Shown piece after piece: positions 24,211 through 33,726 of a stretch of 64,000 bases of DNA; position 1 is the first letter of the stretch; each line of letters begins with the position of its first letter. Source of the DNA: Anaerolineales bacterium (GTDB lineage: Bacteria > Chloroflexota > Anaerolineae > Anaerolineales > UBA4823). The notes below the pieces were generated by a model. It saw only the letters and a program-made list of their open reading frames with translations, had not been told where the DNA came from and searched no databases. The position numbers were made by a program, and so were the translations under genes. The stretch covers positions 3,540-67,539 of the forward strand of contig JBJYWI010000157.1 of the NCBI GenBank assembly GCA_046259385.1, read 5' to 3'.

Positions 24211-24235
24211 TATTGGATATTGTCAGGGCGTTGTG

Positions 24236-24514
24236 ATGAGAGTTTTCGCTCGCAAACCGCTTGATTCTGATTCAGTCAGCCTGCCGCGCGGTCAGGTTTA
24301 TCTCATCCCTGTTCGTTGTAAGGGTTGTGGTTTGTGCATCGAGTTTTGTCCTCAGGGAATTTTGCAGGAATCTATAAACACCAACCAGAAAGGATATCAC
24401 TACCCGGAGGTGATAATCGGGGGAGAACAGGAATGTGTTAATTGTGAATTCTGTACTTTGATTTGTCCCGAGTTCGCAATATTTACCCTTCCTGTAAGCG
24501 CAGGTGCGGGATGA
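24236..24514 (+). CDS. korD: 2-oxoacid:ferredoxin oxidoreductase delta subunit (2x[4Fe-4S] ferredoxin)
   Basis: It has two CxxCxxCxxxCP motifs (CKGCGLCIEFCP and CVNCEFCTLICP). Its stop overlaps the korA start in an ATGA. The TTG at 24206 is an alternative start. Confidence 0.8.
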   Translation: MRVFARKPLDSDSVSLPRGQVYLIPVRCKGCGLCIEFCPQGILQESINTNQKGYHYPEVIIGGEQECVNCEFCTLICPEFAIFTLPVSAGAG

Positions 24515-25662
24515 GCCCCGCTAGAGTCCTGTCGGGGAATTATTTTATGAATGGCGACCACGCTTGTGCGGAAGGCGCAATTGCAGCAGGATGTCGCTTT
24601 TTCGGAGGCTACCCCATAACGCCTTCAACAGAGATCGCGGAGAGATTAGCCCGGCGGATGCCGGAAGTAAACGGCGTATTTCTACAAATGGAGGACGAAT
24701 TAGGAAGTATGGCTGCGATTCTCGGCGCTTCTGCAGCCGGTACCCGCTCAATGACGGCGACTTCTGGCCCTGGTTTGAGTCTGATGCTCGAAAATCTAGG
24801 TTTGGGCGTGATGCTCGAATTGCCCTGCGTGCTGGTTGATGTCCAGCGGGGGTCACCATCAACCGGTCTTCCAACAATGCCAGCTCAATCTGATGTGATG
24901 CAGGTAAGGTGGGGGTCTCATGGCGATTATCAGGTCCCAGCCTATGCGCCATGGTCCCCCCAGGAGATGTTCGAGTTGACAATTCTTGCTTTTAATGTGG
25001 CTGACCGTTTCCGGGTACCGGTATGCATGTTGGCAGATGAAGTAGTCGGTCACATGGTGGAAAGAGTTGTGATTCCACCCCAATGTGATCTTGAAATCTG
25101 GCCCAGAAAAAAACCACAGGTGTCACCTGATGGTTCATTTAATCCATTTGAGGTTGAGGATGACGATCTCGTGCCGCCTATTGCCCATGCAGGGGATGGT
25201 TACCGGATACACTATACAGGTTTGACTCATGATGAGCATGGGTATCCTGATATGTCAGCCGATACGCATCATGAACTTGTAACCCGTCTTGTAAAAAAGG
25301 TAAAAGTCAATGCCCCAAAAATAATCCGGACAGAGAATTACTTTCTTGATGATGCGCGGGTTATCGTAATCGCATACGGCTGCACCGCCCGTTCTGCTCG
25401 CAGCGCCGTCAGGCAAGCCAGGGATTTGGGGATCAAAGCTGGTCTGTTCAGGTTAATTTCTTTATGGCCATTTCCTGAAGAGCAAATACTATCTATTAAT
25501 AGTCAGGTTGAATCATTTATTGTTGCAGAGATGAATCTCGGCCAGATTAGCCTTGAAGTCGAACGCATTACAAGAGCTCCGGTTGGGGGAGTTCACCATG
25601 CAGGTGGCGCGATGATTACACCGGAAAAGATTCTTGCAGCCATTATGGAGAAATCGAAATGA
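24511..25662 (+). CDS. korA: 2-oxoglutarate/2-oxoacid:ferredoxin oxidoreductase alpha subunit
   Basis: The N-terminus is NGDHACAEGAIAAGCRFFGGYPITPSTEI, followed by ATSGPGLSLM. It overlaps both neighbouring genes in ATGA junctions. Confidence 0.88.
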   Translation: MSPARVLSGNYFMNGDHACAEGAIAAGCRFFGGYPITPSTEIAERLARRMPEVNGVFLQMEDELGSMAAILGASAAGTRSMTATSGPGLSLMLENLGLGVMLELPCVLVDVQRGSPSTGLPTMPAQSDVMQVRWGSHGDYQVPAYAPWSPQEMFELTILAFNVADRFRVPVCMLADEVVGHMVERVVIPPQCDLEIWPRKKPQVSPDGSFNPFEVEDDDLVPPIAHAGDGYRIHYTGLTHDEHGYPDMSADTHHELVTRLVKKVKVNAPKIIRTENYFLDDARVIVIAYGCTARSARSAVRQARDLGIKAGLFRLISLWPFPEEQILSINSQVESFIVAEMNLGQISLEVERITRAPVGGVHHAGGAMITPEKILAAIMEKSK

Positions 25663-26489
25663 AGCCTGCAGTCACGGTCGATGCCCATCCGCTGGATAAG
25701 ATTATCCGGGCAGATCGAATGCCGCATATCTGGTGCCCAGGATGCGGTATTGGGATTGTGATGCGCATTTATGGTCAGGCGATCCTCGAATCAGGTGTAA
25801 AGCTGAACAATCATGTTGTTGTCTCGGGAATTGGCTGCAGCGGGAGGGTTGCAGGTTATATGAATATCGATTCATATCACACCACCCATGGGCGAGCTAT
25901 CCCGTTTGCCACCGGGCTGAAGCTTGCAAACCCCGGACTCCTGGTGACGGTTTTCAGCGGGGATGGTGATCTGGTTGCGATTGGAGGGAATCATCTTATC
26001 CACGCTGCCCGCAGAAATATAAGCATAAATGTGATTTGTGTAAATAATTTTAATTATGGTATGACCGGCGGGCAGTCAGGACCGACTACACCCCAGGGGG
26101 CGCGCGCTACTACAGCACCTTATGGGAATCCGGAATTGCCATTCAACCTACCTTTCCTTTTAGTCGCCTCCGGAGCGAATTTCGTTTCCCGCTGGTCTAA
26201 TCTGCACGTACGCCAGATTAAGCAGGATGTATTGTATGCCTTCTCTAAAAAAGGGTTCACTTTCATTGAGGTTCTATCTCCCTGTCCGATTGGATTCGGC
26301 CGGTCCAACAGCATCGACGATGGTTTGGAAGAGATGGAGCTCTACAAAGAAAGATGCATATTATTCCGTCAGGGTGAAGTGAGCACCGATGAGCTTGATA
26401 TAGATTTGCGAGAAGATAGGCCAATTTATGTTGGGCGTTTTATAGATAGAGACCGTGATGAATATCAACCCGTCAGAAGCAGGAACTGA
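25659..26489 (+). CDS. korB: 2-oxoacid:ferredoxin oxidoreductase beta subunit (TPP-binding)
   Basis: It contains WCPGCGIG and the GDGD...NNxxYGMTGGQ thiamine-pyrophosphate motif. Confidence 0.88.
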   Translation: MKPAVTVDAHPLDKIIRADRMPHIWCPGCGIGIVMRIYGQAILESGVKLNNHVVVSGIGCSGRVAGYMNIDSYHTTHGRAIPFATGLKLANPGLLVTVFSGDGDLVAIGGNHLIHAARRNISINVICVNNFNYGMTGGQSGPTTPQGARATTAPYGNPELPFNLPFLLVASGANFVSRWSNLHVRQIKQDVLYAFSKKGFTFIEVLSPCPIGFGRSNSIDDGLEEMELYKERCILFRQGEVSTDELDIDLREDRPIYVGRFIDRDRDEYQPVRSRN

Positions 26490-26525
26490 AACCAGCTGGT
26501 AATAACTTGCGAGTGAAAATATCGA

Positions 26526-27092
26526 ATGCGCACTGAAATTTGCATAACCGGGTTTGGGGGTCAGGGGATTGTCCTAGCTGGATATATCCTAGGAAAAGCG
26601 GCTGCATTATATAACGGAAAAGAGGCGGTTATGACCCAGGCACATGGGCCGGAGGCACGCGGCGGAGCCTCCAGTGCGAATGTGGTCATCTCAGACCTGA
26701 CTGTGGATTACCCATTTGTGCAGAAACCTGATATCCTGATTGCTTTATCACAGGAAGCTTACTTAAAGTTCCGCCCAAAAGCAAAAGAAGGCGCTCAGGT
26801 TTTTATTGATCAGGACCTTATTGACCCATTTGAATATGATTCGCCCTTGGTGATTCCAGCTACTCGCATTGCAGAAGACTTGGGAAAACGGATTGTAGCG
26901 AACGTTGTAATGCTTGGTTTCTTCACTGCTGCTGCTGGGGTGGTGAGCAAGGAAGCGATGCTGAAATCCATTGAATCGACAGTTAAACCTAAAACCTTAT
27001 CGTTGAATCTGGAAGCGTTCGAACGCGGTTTTATGCACACCGCCCAGGAAACCAACACTAGCGCTGAAATAGCAGTCCGGGAGTTTGATTGA
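26526..27092 (+). CDS. korC: 2-oxoacid:ferredoxin oxidoreductase gamma subunit
   Basis: The N-terminus GFGGQGIVLAGYILGKAA is typical of the gamma subunit family. Confidence 0.85.
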   Translation: MRTEICITGFGGQGIVLAGYILGKAAALYNGKEAVMTQAHGPEARGGASSANVVISDLTVDYPFVQKPDILIALSQEAYLKFRPKAKEGAQVFIDQDLIDPFEYDSPLVIPATRIAEDLGKRIVANVVMLGFFTAAAGVVSKEAMLKSIESTVKPKTLSLNLEAFERGFMHTAQETNTSAEIAVREFD

Positions 27093-27121
27093 ACTTGTTA
27101 ACGTTTAAATGAGATTCGTAT

Positions 27122-30100
27122 ATGTCTGAGACTGTTCTGGTTATCGGAGGCGGAATAGCCGGGATCCAGGCTTCACTGGATCTGGCAGATGCAGGCGCAA
27201 GGGTGACGCTGGTGGAGAGGGAGGCGACAATCGGCGGGATGATGGCGGTATTGGATAAAAATTTTCCCACTTTAGACTGTTCGATTTGCATTGAAGCCCC
27301 AAAGATGTCTCAGGTTGAACTGCATCCGAATATTGAAATTCTCTCTCTCTCCGAGGTTACCCGGGTGGAAGGGGAGGCGGGAGATTTTAGAGTGGAGATT
27401 GAACAATCTGCGCGCTACGTCACAGATGAATGTACTCGCTGCGGAGAGTGCACTGCCGTCTGTCCAGTCCCCTTGCCCAATGAATATGACTCGGGGATGG
27501 CAGTCCGAAAAGCAATATATACTCCAATACCTCAATCAACACCCGGAACCTATCTTGTCGACATTGAAAGCTGCCTCAATCAGCCACCCAACTATTTTCC
27601 CTGCAATCATTGCGTCCAGGCTTGCCCTCCGGGTGCGATTGATTTCTTGATGCCGGCGAAAAGAGTATTAACGCGCAAGGTGGGCTCGATTATTATCGCG
27701 GCTGGATACAGCATGTTCAATCCGGTTGTTATGAAGGAATATGGGTACGGAGATCATCCGGATATCCTGACTGCCATGGAGTTCGAAAGACTGGTAAATT
27801 CGGCTGGTCCGACCGGGGGCGAGATCCTCTGCCCTTCGGATGGCAGCCACCCTGAAAAAATACTCTTTGTTCTTTGCGTTGGGTCGCGCGACCACAGGTA
27901 TTTCAGGTATTGTTCCAGATTCTGCTGTATGTATTCGATCAAGCATGCCTATCAAGCGATTGATCACGGCATAAAAGATGTGACAGTTCTATACATGGAT
28001 GTGCGCGCATTTGGCAAAGGTTTTGATGGTTTCTGGGAACGGACCCGGGTCGAGGGTGCCAGGTATGTTCACGGGCGACCATCCAGAATCTTCCCAGGGG
28101 AAAATGGTTCGGTTTGTGTTATCTATGAAGACACAGCTGTATCCAAACGCTGCGAAGGTGAATTCGATATGGTTGTCCTGGCAAATGCTGTAACTCCGCC
28201 GTTTGGTCTTACTGGGCTCGCGAGCGTTTTAGGTATTGAAATTGATTCAGATGGTTTCATTAGAGCTGATGAAATGCGGGGAGGGCTTGTGGTCACAAGC
28301 CGGTCGGGGATCTATGCGGCTGGGTGCGTTTCAGGTCCCAAAGATATCCCTGACAGTGTATCTGAGGGAAGCGCAGCATCCGCCCTAGCGTTAATTCACT
28401 TAAAGACTAGGAACTGGCCGGAACCGCTCCAAGTGGAACCACTCACTGATATTGAGATACCCCGCATTGGTGTTTTTGTCTGCCACTGTGGAAGCAACAT
28501 AGCCGGGGTTGTGGAAATAGACAAGGTAGTTGAATTTGCGAGAAGTCTGCCGGGAGTGGAATTCGCCGGCGACCAGATGTTTTCCTGTGCGGGAAATACT
28601 CAGGGTGAAATCGAGGCAACTATAGCTGATTACAATCTCAACAGAGTGGTGATTGCTGCCTGTTCGCCCAAAACTCACGAATCGATTTTTAGGGGGGTTT
28701 TGCAAAGGGCTGGCTTAAATCCGTTTTTGCTTGAAATGACCAATATTCGAAACATGGATTCCTGGGTACATAAAGCCAATCCTGTTGCGGCGACATCGAA
28801 GGCGAAAGATATGGTTTCGATGGCGGTTGAAAAAGCGCGCAGATTGGTGCCGCTTGAAATAACGCAGCTGCCCCTGAACCAGAGTGTTCTGGTGATTGGA
28901 GGTGGGATCGCTGGAATGTCTGCTGCCGCTGCACTCAACCAGATGGGACTGGATACCCATCTCGTGGAACGAGGCTGGCGCCTGGGAGGGATGCTTAATA
29001 ATTTGGAGCGTTTATACCCATCCGAGATCAATCCAGAAAAATTGATCAAGGTTAAATCGCAGGAACTGCTGGACAGCGGTGTTCACATTTATATGGGTAC
29101 CGAAGTGGAAGAGATTGGTGGGATAGTGGGAAACTATACTGCCAATCTAAGTAATGGTAAGGAGGTTAACACCGGGGCAGTAGTGATCGCAACCGGTGCT
29201 TCAACATACCGTCCTAAAGAATTCGGCTATCGAAACAGAAATCCACACCCAACAACCGACAGCACCGCCTTTATAAAAACTGATGTGGATTTAACTAGAG
29301 GAGATAGGAGCGCACCTCTTTGTCCGGAGGTGATCACAAATCTGGATCTTGAACGCATGCTTGGGAAAAGCCCGCCTGAAGCTGAGAGGATCACATTTAT
29401 TGCATGTGTGGGATCGCGTCAGGGTGAAATGGGCTGTTCGCGCTATTGCTGCACTTCGATGATTGGGCAGGCGCTGCGGTTGAGACTTATGGACAAAAAA
29501 GTGCGCATACTTTATAAGGAGATTCGCACTTACAGCCGGCAGGCTGAGGAACTTTACGAAAAGGCGATGCGGGCTGGCGTACAGTTCTTTCAATACAATC
29601 CCGATAAACCTCCTCAAGAAGCGCTAAAAATAGTCGATGCGGGTATTAAGTTTTATGATTATTTACTCGGTTCCGACATCATTATTCCTACCGATCTCCT
29701 GGTGCTGGTGGTTGGTTTGATTCCTTCGGTTGACCGATTGTCCGAACAATTGAAGCTTGCCCGCAGCGAGGATGGGTTTTATATGGAATTGCATCCCAAG
29801 TTAGGCCCGGTGGAAACCGCTGTCCAGGGTGTTTTTCTGGCAGGTTCAGCCCAGGGAGCAAAAGATGTGCGCGAATCCATAGCAGGCGCGCTGGCATCAG
29901 CCGGCAAAGCTGGCGCCCTCCTGTCACGTGGTGTGATTGAAAAGGAACCGTTGACCGCCCGATTAATTCCAGATCTGTGTGCAGGCTGCATGCGTTGTGT
30001 GAAAGTATGTCCATTCGGAGCGATTGAGCAGATCGGAAAACCTGGAAAAGATGGCAGTGTCAAAATCCTGGAAGCAGCCTGTATGGGGTGCGGAACCTGT

Positions 30101-30613
30101 GCTGCAGAATGTAATTTTGATGCGATCGAAATGCCTTATTTCACAAAAGATCAAATTATCGCTCAGATCGATGCCGCATTGCAGGAGCGCCCCCAAGAAA
30201 AGTGCTTGGTATTTACCTGCAACTGGTGCTCATATGCGGGCGCTGATTTAGCAGGAATTGAAAAACGCCAGTATCCGGAATCGGCACGTCTGATTCGCAC
30301 AATGTGCTCTGCCCGAATTGAAGAAGATTTTGTTTCTCATGCGTTTGATAAAGGTGCTGGGGCTGTATTGATTACAGGCTGCCGCCTGACTGATACCGGA
30401 TCCGATTGTCATTACAATTACGCTAATCGTTTGACCTTGAAGCGGTTCCAGCACTGGCAGCGAAAATTTTCCCGGAAAGGAATAGAACCTGAGAGGTTGC
30501 AACTGAGCTGGATATCGGCTGCGGAAGGGAAGGAATTCGCAGAAAAAATGTACGAAATGGATTCCGTTGTATTGCAGTTTTCTAAATCGAAGCCAGTCAT
30601 TGAAGGTGTTTAA
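27122..30613 (+). CDS. HdrA-like flavoprotein, tandem HdrA modules fused to a C-terminal MvhD domain (1163 aa)
   Basis: Module 1 has VLVIGGGIAGIQASLDLA, an inserted ferredoxin (CTRCGECTAVCP and CNHCVQACPPG) and CVGSRD...YCSRFCCMYS. An HdrA N-domain-like segment (IGVFVCHCGSNIAG...VVIAACSPKTHE) follows. Module 2 has VLVIGGGIAGMSAAAAL, CVGSRQ...CSRYCCTS and two ferredoxin motifs. The MvhD-like end reads LVFTCNWCSYAGADLAG...LITGC...DCHY. Confidence 0.8.
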   Translation: MSETVLVIGGGIAGIQASLDLADAGARVTLVEREATIGGMMAVLDKNFPTLDCSICIEAPKMSQVELHPNIEILSLSEVTRVEGEAGDFRVEIEQSARYVTDECTRCGECTAVCPVPLPNEYDSGMAVRKAIYTPIPQSTPGTYLVDIESCLNQPPNYFPCNHCVQACPPGAIDFLMPAKRVLTRKVGSIIIAAGYSMFNPVVMKEYGYGDHPDILTAMEFERLVNSAGPTGGEILCPSDGSHPEKILFVLCVGSRDHRYFRYCSRFCCMYSIKHAYQAIDHGIKDVTVLYMDVRAFGKGFDGFWERTRVEGARYVHGRPSRIFPGENGSVCVIYEDTAVSKRCEGEFDMVVLANAVTPPFGLTGLASVLGIEIDSDGFIRADEMRGGLVVTSRSGIYAAGCVSGPKDIPDSVSEGSAASALALIHLKTRNWPEPLQVEPLTDIEIPRIGVFVCHCGSNIAGVVEIDKVVEFARSLPGVEFAGDQMFSCAGNTQGEIEATIADYNLNRVVIAACSPKTHESIFRGVLQRAGLNPFLLEMTNIRNMDSWVHKANPVAATSKAKDMVSMAVEKARRLVPLEITQLPLNQSVLVIGGGIAGMSAAAALNQMGLDTHLVERGWRLGGMLNNLERLYPSEINPEKLIKVKSQELLDSGVHIYMGTEVEEIGGIVGNYTANLSNGKEVNTGAVVIATGASTYRPKEFGYRNRNPHPTTDSTAFIKTDVDLTRGDRSAPLCPEVITNLDLERMLGKSPPEAERITFIACVGSRQGEMGCSRYCCTSMIGQALRLRLMDKKVRILYKEIRTYSRQAEELYEKAMRAGVQFFQYNPDKPPQEALKIVDAGIKFYDYLLGSDIIIPTDLLVLVVGLIPSVDRLSEQLKLARSEDGFYMELHPKLGPVETAVQGVFLAGSAQGAKDVRESIAGALASAGKAGALLSRGVIEKEPLTARLIPDLCAGCMRCVKVCPFGAIEQIGKPGKDGSVKILEAACMGCGTCAAECNFDAIEMPYFTKDQIIAQIDAALQERPQEKCLVFTCNWCSYAGADLAGIEKRQYPESARLIRTMCSARIEEDFVSHAFDKGAGAVLITGCRLTDTGSDCHYNYANRLTLKRFQHWQRKFSRKGIEPERLQLSWISAAEGKEFAEKMYEMDSVVLQFSKSKPVIEGV

Positions 30614-30643
30614 TTTTAGGGATTGAAAAAAAGGCTACCACGT

Positions 30644-31888
30644 ATGCAAAAAAGCTTGGAGATGATGGATCAAAGCGGCAGCAATTCCTACCTTATTGAT
30701 GAAGCGCTGTGGGAGAAGATTAATGAACGCGCATCCGGGTCAGCAAATCTTTGCTTTCAATGCGGGGAATGCACTGCTGTATGTCCCTGGGGGATTGTAA
30801 AAGAAGGGTCGCTAAAGGTGCGTTCAATATTAAGGGGGGCTCAATTAGGGGTTGAAGATTGGGATAAAGAAATCTGGTTGTGCACGAATTGTATCCAATG
30901 TCAATCTTATTGTCCCAGGGGCGTCCAGATCGGGGATATATTCCAGGCTTTACGTTCATTGAGTTGGGAAAACCGAGAGGTAGAACCCGGGCTACCCAGC
31001 ATGCTCTGGTCAATTTACTGGAATGACAATCCCTGGTCGCAACCCCCGTCGGAGAGATTTAATTGGGCCAGAGGGGCAAATATCCCTGAGTTCGACTGCC
31101 AGGAGCACGAGTTCCTGCTCTATATCGGCTGCACCTCGGCATTTGACAATCGCCTGCAGAAAGTTGCCCAGGCTCTGGCGAGGGTGCTTACTGCTTTTGG
31201 GGTCAGTTTCGGCTGCCTCGGAGTTAACGAACCCTGCTGCGGAGAGTCAATAAAGAGCGTTGGGCACAATCCGTATTTCCGCGAAACAGCAGAATCGACT
31301 GCACGGATTTTTACTAGCGCGGGTGTCCGGAAATTGATGACGCTATCTCCTCATTGCTATGATGTGTTCAAAAACCATTACAGGACTGTTCTTCAAGAGG
31401 AATCATTCGAGGTGTTTCACTATACACAAGTCTTGGCGGAATTATTGGAAAATGGAAAGGTAAGTATTCCCGCAGGGTTTATTGACCGGGCTCTCGAAAA
31501 TAATTACAGTTGGATTGATCCAGATGGAGTCACCATAACTTTCCAGGACCCGTGTTATTTGGGCAGGAGAAATAATGAATTCCAAGCGCCGCGCACTCTG
31601 ATATTAGGCATACCGGGTATAAATCTTATAGAGATGGAAAACCACATGCAGGATGGGTTGTGCTGCGGCGGGGGCGGCGGGCGGATGTGGTTGGAGACGC
31701 CCAGCGGTGAGCGATTTTCTGACATAAGGATTAAGCAGGCGTTAGAAACCGGCGCCTCGATACTGGCTACCGCTTGTCCCTTTTGTCTGGTTTGTCTGGA
31801 GGACAGCTTGAATGCCCTGGGGAAGAAAAACTTGTTTGTGCTGGATATTGCTGAAATTGTAGATATGGCGATCGGTCAATCAGGATAA
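30644..31888 (+). CDS. HdrD-like iron-sulfur oxidoreductase (2x[4Fe-4S] plus two CCG domains)
   Basis: The ferredoxin motifs are CFQCGECTAVCP and CTNCIQCQSYCP. The CCG signatures are EPCCGES and GLCCGGGGG. No TM segment is present. The ATG at 30644 is preferred over the TTG at 30623. Confidence 0.8.
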   Translation: MQKSLEMMDQSGSNSYLIDEALWEKINERASGSANLCFQCGECTAVCPWGIVKEGSLKVRSILRGAQLGVEDWDKEIWLCTNCIQCQSYCPRGVQIGDIFQALRSLSWENREVEPGLPSMLWSIYWNDNPWSQPPSERFNWARGANIPEFDCQEHEFLLYIGCTSAFDNRLQKVAQALARVLTAFGVSFGCLGVNEPCCGESIKSVGHNPYFRETAESTARIFTSAGVRKLMTLSPHCYDVFKNHYRTVLQEESFEVFHYTQVLAELLENGKVSIPAGFIDRALENNYSWIDPDGVTITFQDPCYLGRRNNEFQAPRTLILGIPGINLIEMENHMQDGLCCGGGGGRMWLETPSGERFSDIRIKQALETGASILATACPFCLVCLEDSLNALGKKNLFVLDIAEIVDMAIGQSG

Positions 31889-31916
31889 ATCAAAAGGACT
31901 ATTAAACCAAAGGAAG

Positions 31917-32936
31917 ATGACTCTATCCCTCTATGATGCTCGCAGCGCTGCTGATTCTATCTGGGTATTTTTAGAGCAGGATCGGAATAGCCTAACAGAG
32001 ATTTCGCTTGAACTGTTGGCAAAAGGGCGGCAGCTTGCAGACCAGGTCGGTTGGAAATTGGGGGGATTAATTCTGGGCATACGGAACAGTGAATTATGCA
32101 GCGAGGCGGTTGCGCACGGCGCAGACGAAGTCTGGTCTGCTGAACACGAATTGCTGGAAAATTTTACAATCGACGCATTTTCCACCATCACGTTTGAGAT
32201 GATTATGGAGGGAAAACCGGGTGTTCTTCTTTTTGGCGCCACACCTGATGGGAGGGACCTGGCTGGTCGTTTAGCTGTACGGCTTCGAACAGGTCTGAAC
32301 GCAGATTGCACTGGTCTCAGGTTGCGCCCTGGAACTGGAGAACTGATATGTGACGTATCTGGTTTTGGTGGAGGTGTACTGGCTTTAATTGAGATGGGAG
32401 ACCACAGACCCCAGATAGCGACAATCAGACCAGGTGTTTTTTCGAAGACCCAACCTGATTGGAAGCGGTTAGGCGAGTTGATTAAGTTCCCTGTATTGTT
32501 AAAAGCAGAAGATATCCAGACCCGGATAGTCAAAAAAGTATCTGGTGAAGGAGTGGACCTCACACAGGTTTCCCTTATCATTGCTGGGGGCCGCGGCATG
32601 GGGGGCGATTTTGGGGCTCTCCAAAAGCTGGCTGATATTCTTGGAGGAGAGGTTGGCGCGACTAGGCCGCCTGTGGATGATGGTTATATCGAACGTGAAA
32701 GGCAAATCGGTCAGACAGGTGTTGTATGCAGCCCCAAAATAGCACTTTGTTGTGGGATCAGCGGCGCGTTTCATTTTATTGTTGGGGTCGAAAAAGCCGA
32801 TATTGTTATAGCAATTAATTCGGATCCTTCTGCGCCTATTTTTGAGCATGCTGATTACTGTGTTGTTGGAGACGTGCACACCATCCTGCCTCTGATAAAG
32901 GAGGCTCTCCAAACGCGCCTGGCGGAGGAAATATAA
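31917..32936 (+). CDS. etfA: Electron transfer flavoprotein alpha subunit (EtfA/FixB-like)
   Basis: The C-terminal FAD domain contains IIAGGRGMG, GATRPPVDDGY, QIGQTG and AINSDPSAPIF. Confidence 0.85.
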   Translation: MTLSLYDARSAADSIWVFLEQDRNSLTEISLELLAKGRQLADQVGWKLGGLILGIRNSELCSEAVAHGADEVWSAEHELLENFTIDAFSTITFEMIMEGKPGVLLFGATPDGRDLAGRLAVRLRTGLNADCTGLRLRPGTGELICDVSGFGGGVLALIEMGDHRPQIATIRPGVFSKTQPDWKRLGELIKFPVLLKAEDIQTRIVKKVSGEGVDLTQVSLIIAGGRGMGGDFGALQKLADILGGEVGATRPPVDDGYIERERQIGQTGVVCSPKIALCCGISGAFHFIVGVEKADIVIAINSDPSAPIFEHADYCVVGDVHTILPLIKEALQTRLAEEI

Positions 32937-32937
32937 A

Positions 32938-33726
32938 TTGAAAAGCGTGGTGTGTGTTAAAGTCATACCAAAGTCAGAAGAGGTCCGGGTCGATCCCGAA
33001 ACGATGTTGCTCATCCGGGATGGAGTGCGCTCGGAAATCAACCCGCCGGATATGAATGCCCTTGAGATGGCGCTCAACATAAAAGACCGCTACGGCGGCC
33101 AGGTAAATATATTGTCTATGGGCCCGCCTTCATTTTTGCCGTTCTTGCAGGCTGGAGTTGCAATGGGTGCTGATCACATCTATCTGTTGAGCGACCTAGT
33201 GCTGGCAGGCGCGGATACGCTTGCGACGACATATACCCTGTCAAAGGGAATCAGGAGATTGGGGGATATTGATCTGATCTTCTGCGGTGAAGAATCGTCG
33301 GATGGAGCCACCGGGCAGGTCCCTTCTGGGCTGGCTGAATGGTTGCAGATCAGGGGATTGTTTTTGACTACGGAGATGGAGCTAGACCGAAATCACTTAA
33401 CCGCGCGAGGTAGGCGTGAGGTCGCGAGCGGTTATCAAATTTTGGAAGTCCCTTTGCCATGTGTTGTTTCTGTAAAAACCGCCTGCAATGAACCTCGCTT
33501 TATGGATTATGCCCGCAAGGAATGGGCGTTTGAGAGAGAGCGTGTCACAATCTGGAATGCGCATGATATAGATGCGGACCCGGAATTTATCGGCGTGGAG
33601 GGTTCGCCCACAGTTGTCTCCGGGTTGGCCCAGGCGCCGACCAGGGAGCGGAAACGGATGTTCCTTGAAGGTTCACCTTTAGAAATTGCCGGGCAAATTG
33701 CCGAAATCCTGCAGAAGAATTCATAA
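32938..33726 (+). CDS. etfB: Electron transfer flavoprotein beta subunit (EtfB/FixA-like)
   Basis: The N-terminus is MKSVVCVKVIPKSEEVRVD, followed by INPPDMNALEMAL and IFCGEESSDGATGQV. The TTG start lies one nucleotide after the etfA stop. Confidence 0.85.
   Translation: MKSVVCVKVIPKSEEVRVDPETMLLIRDGVRSEINPPDMNALEMALNIKDRYGGQVNILSMGPPSFLPFLQAGVAMGADHIYLLSDLVLAGADTLATTYTLSKGIRRLGDIDLIFCGEESSDGATGQVPSGLAEWLQIRGLFLTTEMELDRNHLTARGRREVASGYQILEVPLPCVVSVKTACNEPRFMDYARKEWAFERERVTIWNAHDIDADPEFIGVEGSPTVVSGLAQAPTRERKRMFLEGSPLEIAGQIAEILQKNS

Noticed and set aside
27122-30613. Possible in-frame TGA selenocysteine in the HdrA-like gene (known in some HdrA proteins)
   Set aside because: The ORF is uninterrupted over 1163 codons and the relevant cluster motifs carry Cys codons. 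No recoding is needed.
31931-33080. Minus-strand ORFs 31931..32599 (222 aa) and 32499..33080 (193 aa)
   Set aside because: They are antisense to etfA and etfB, which have unmistakable family motifs. The antisense translations have no motifs.
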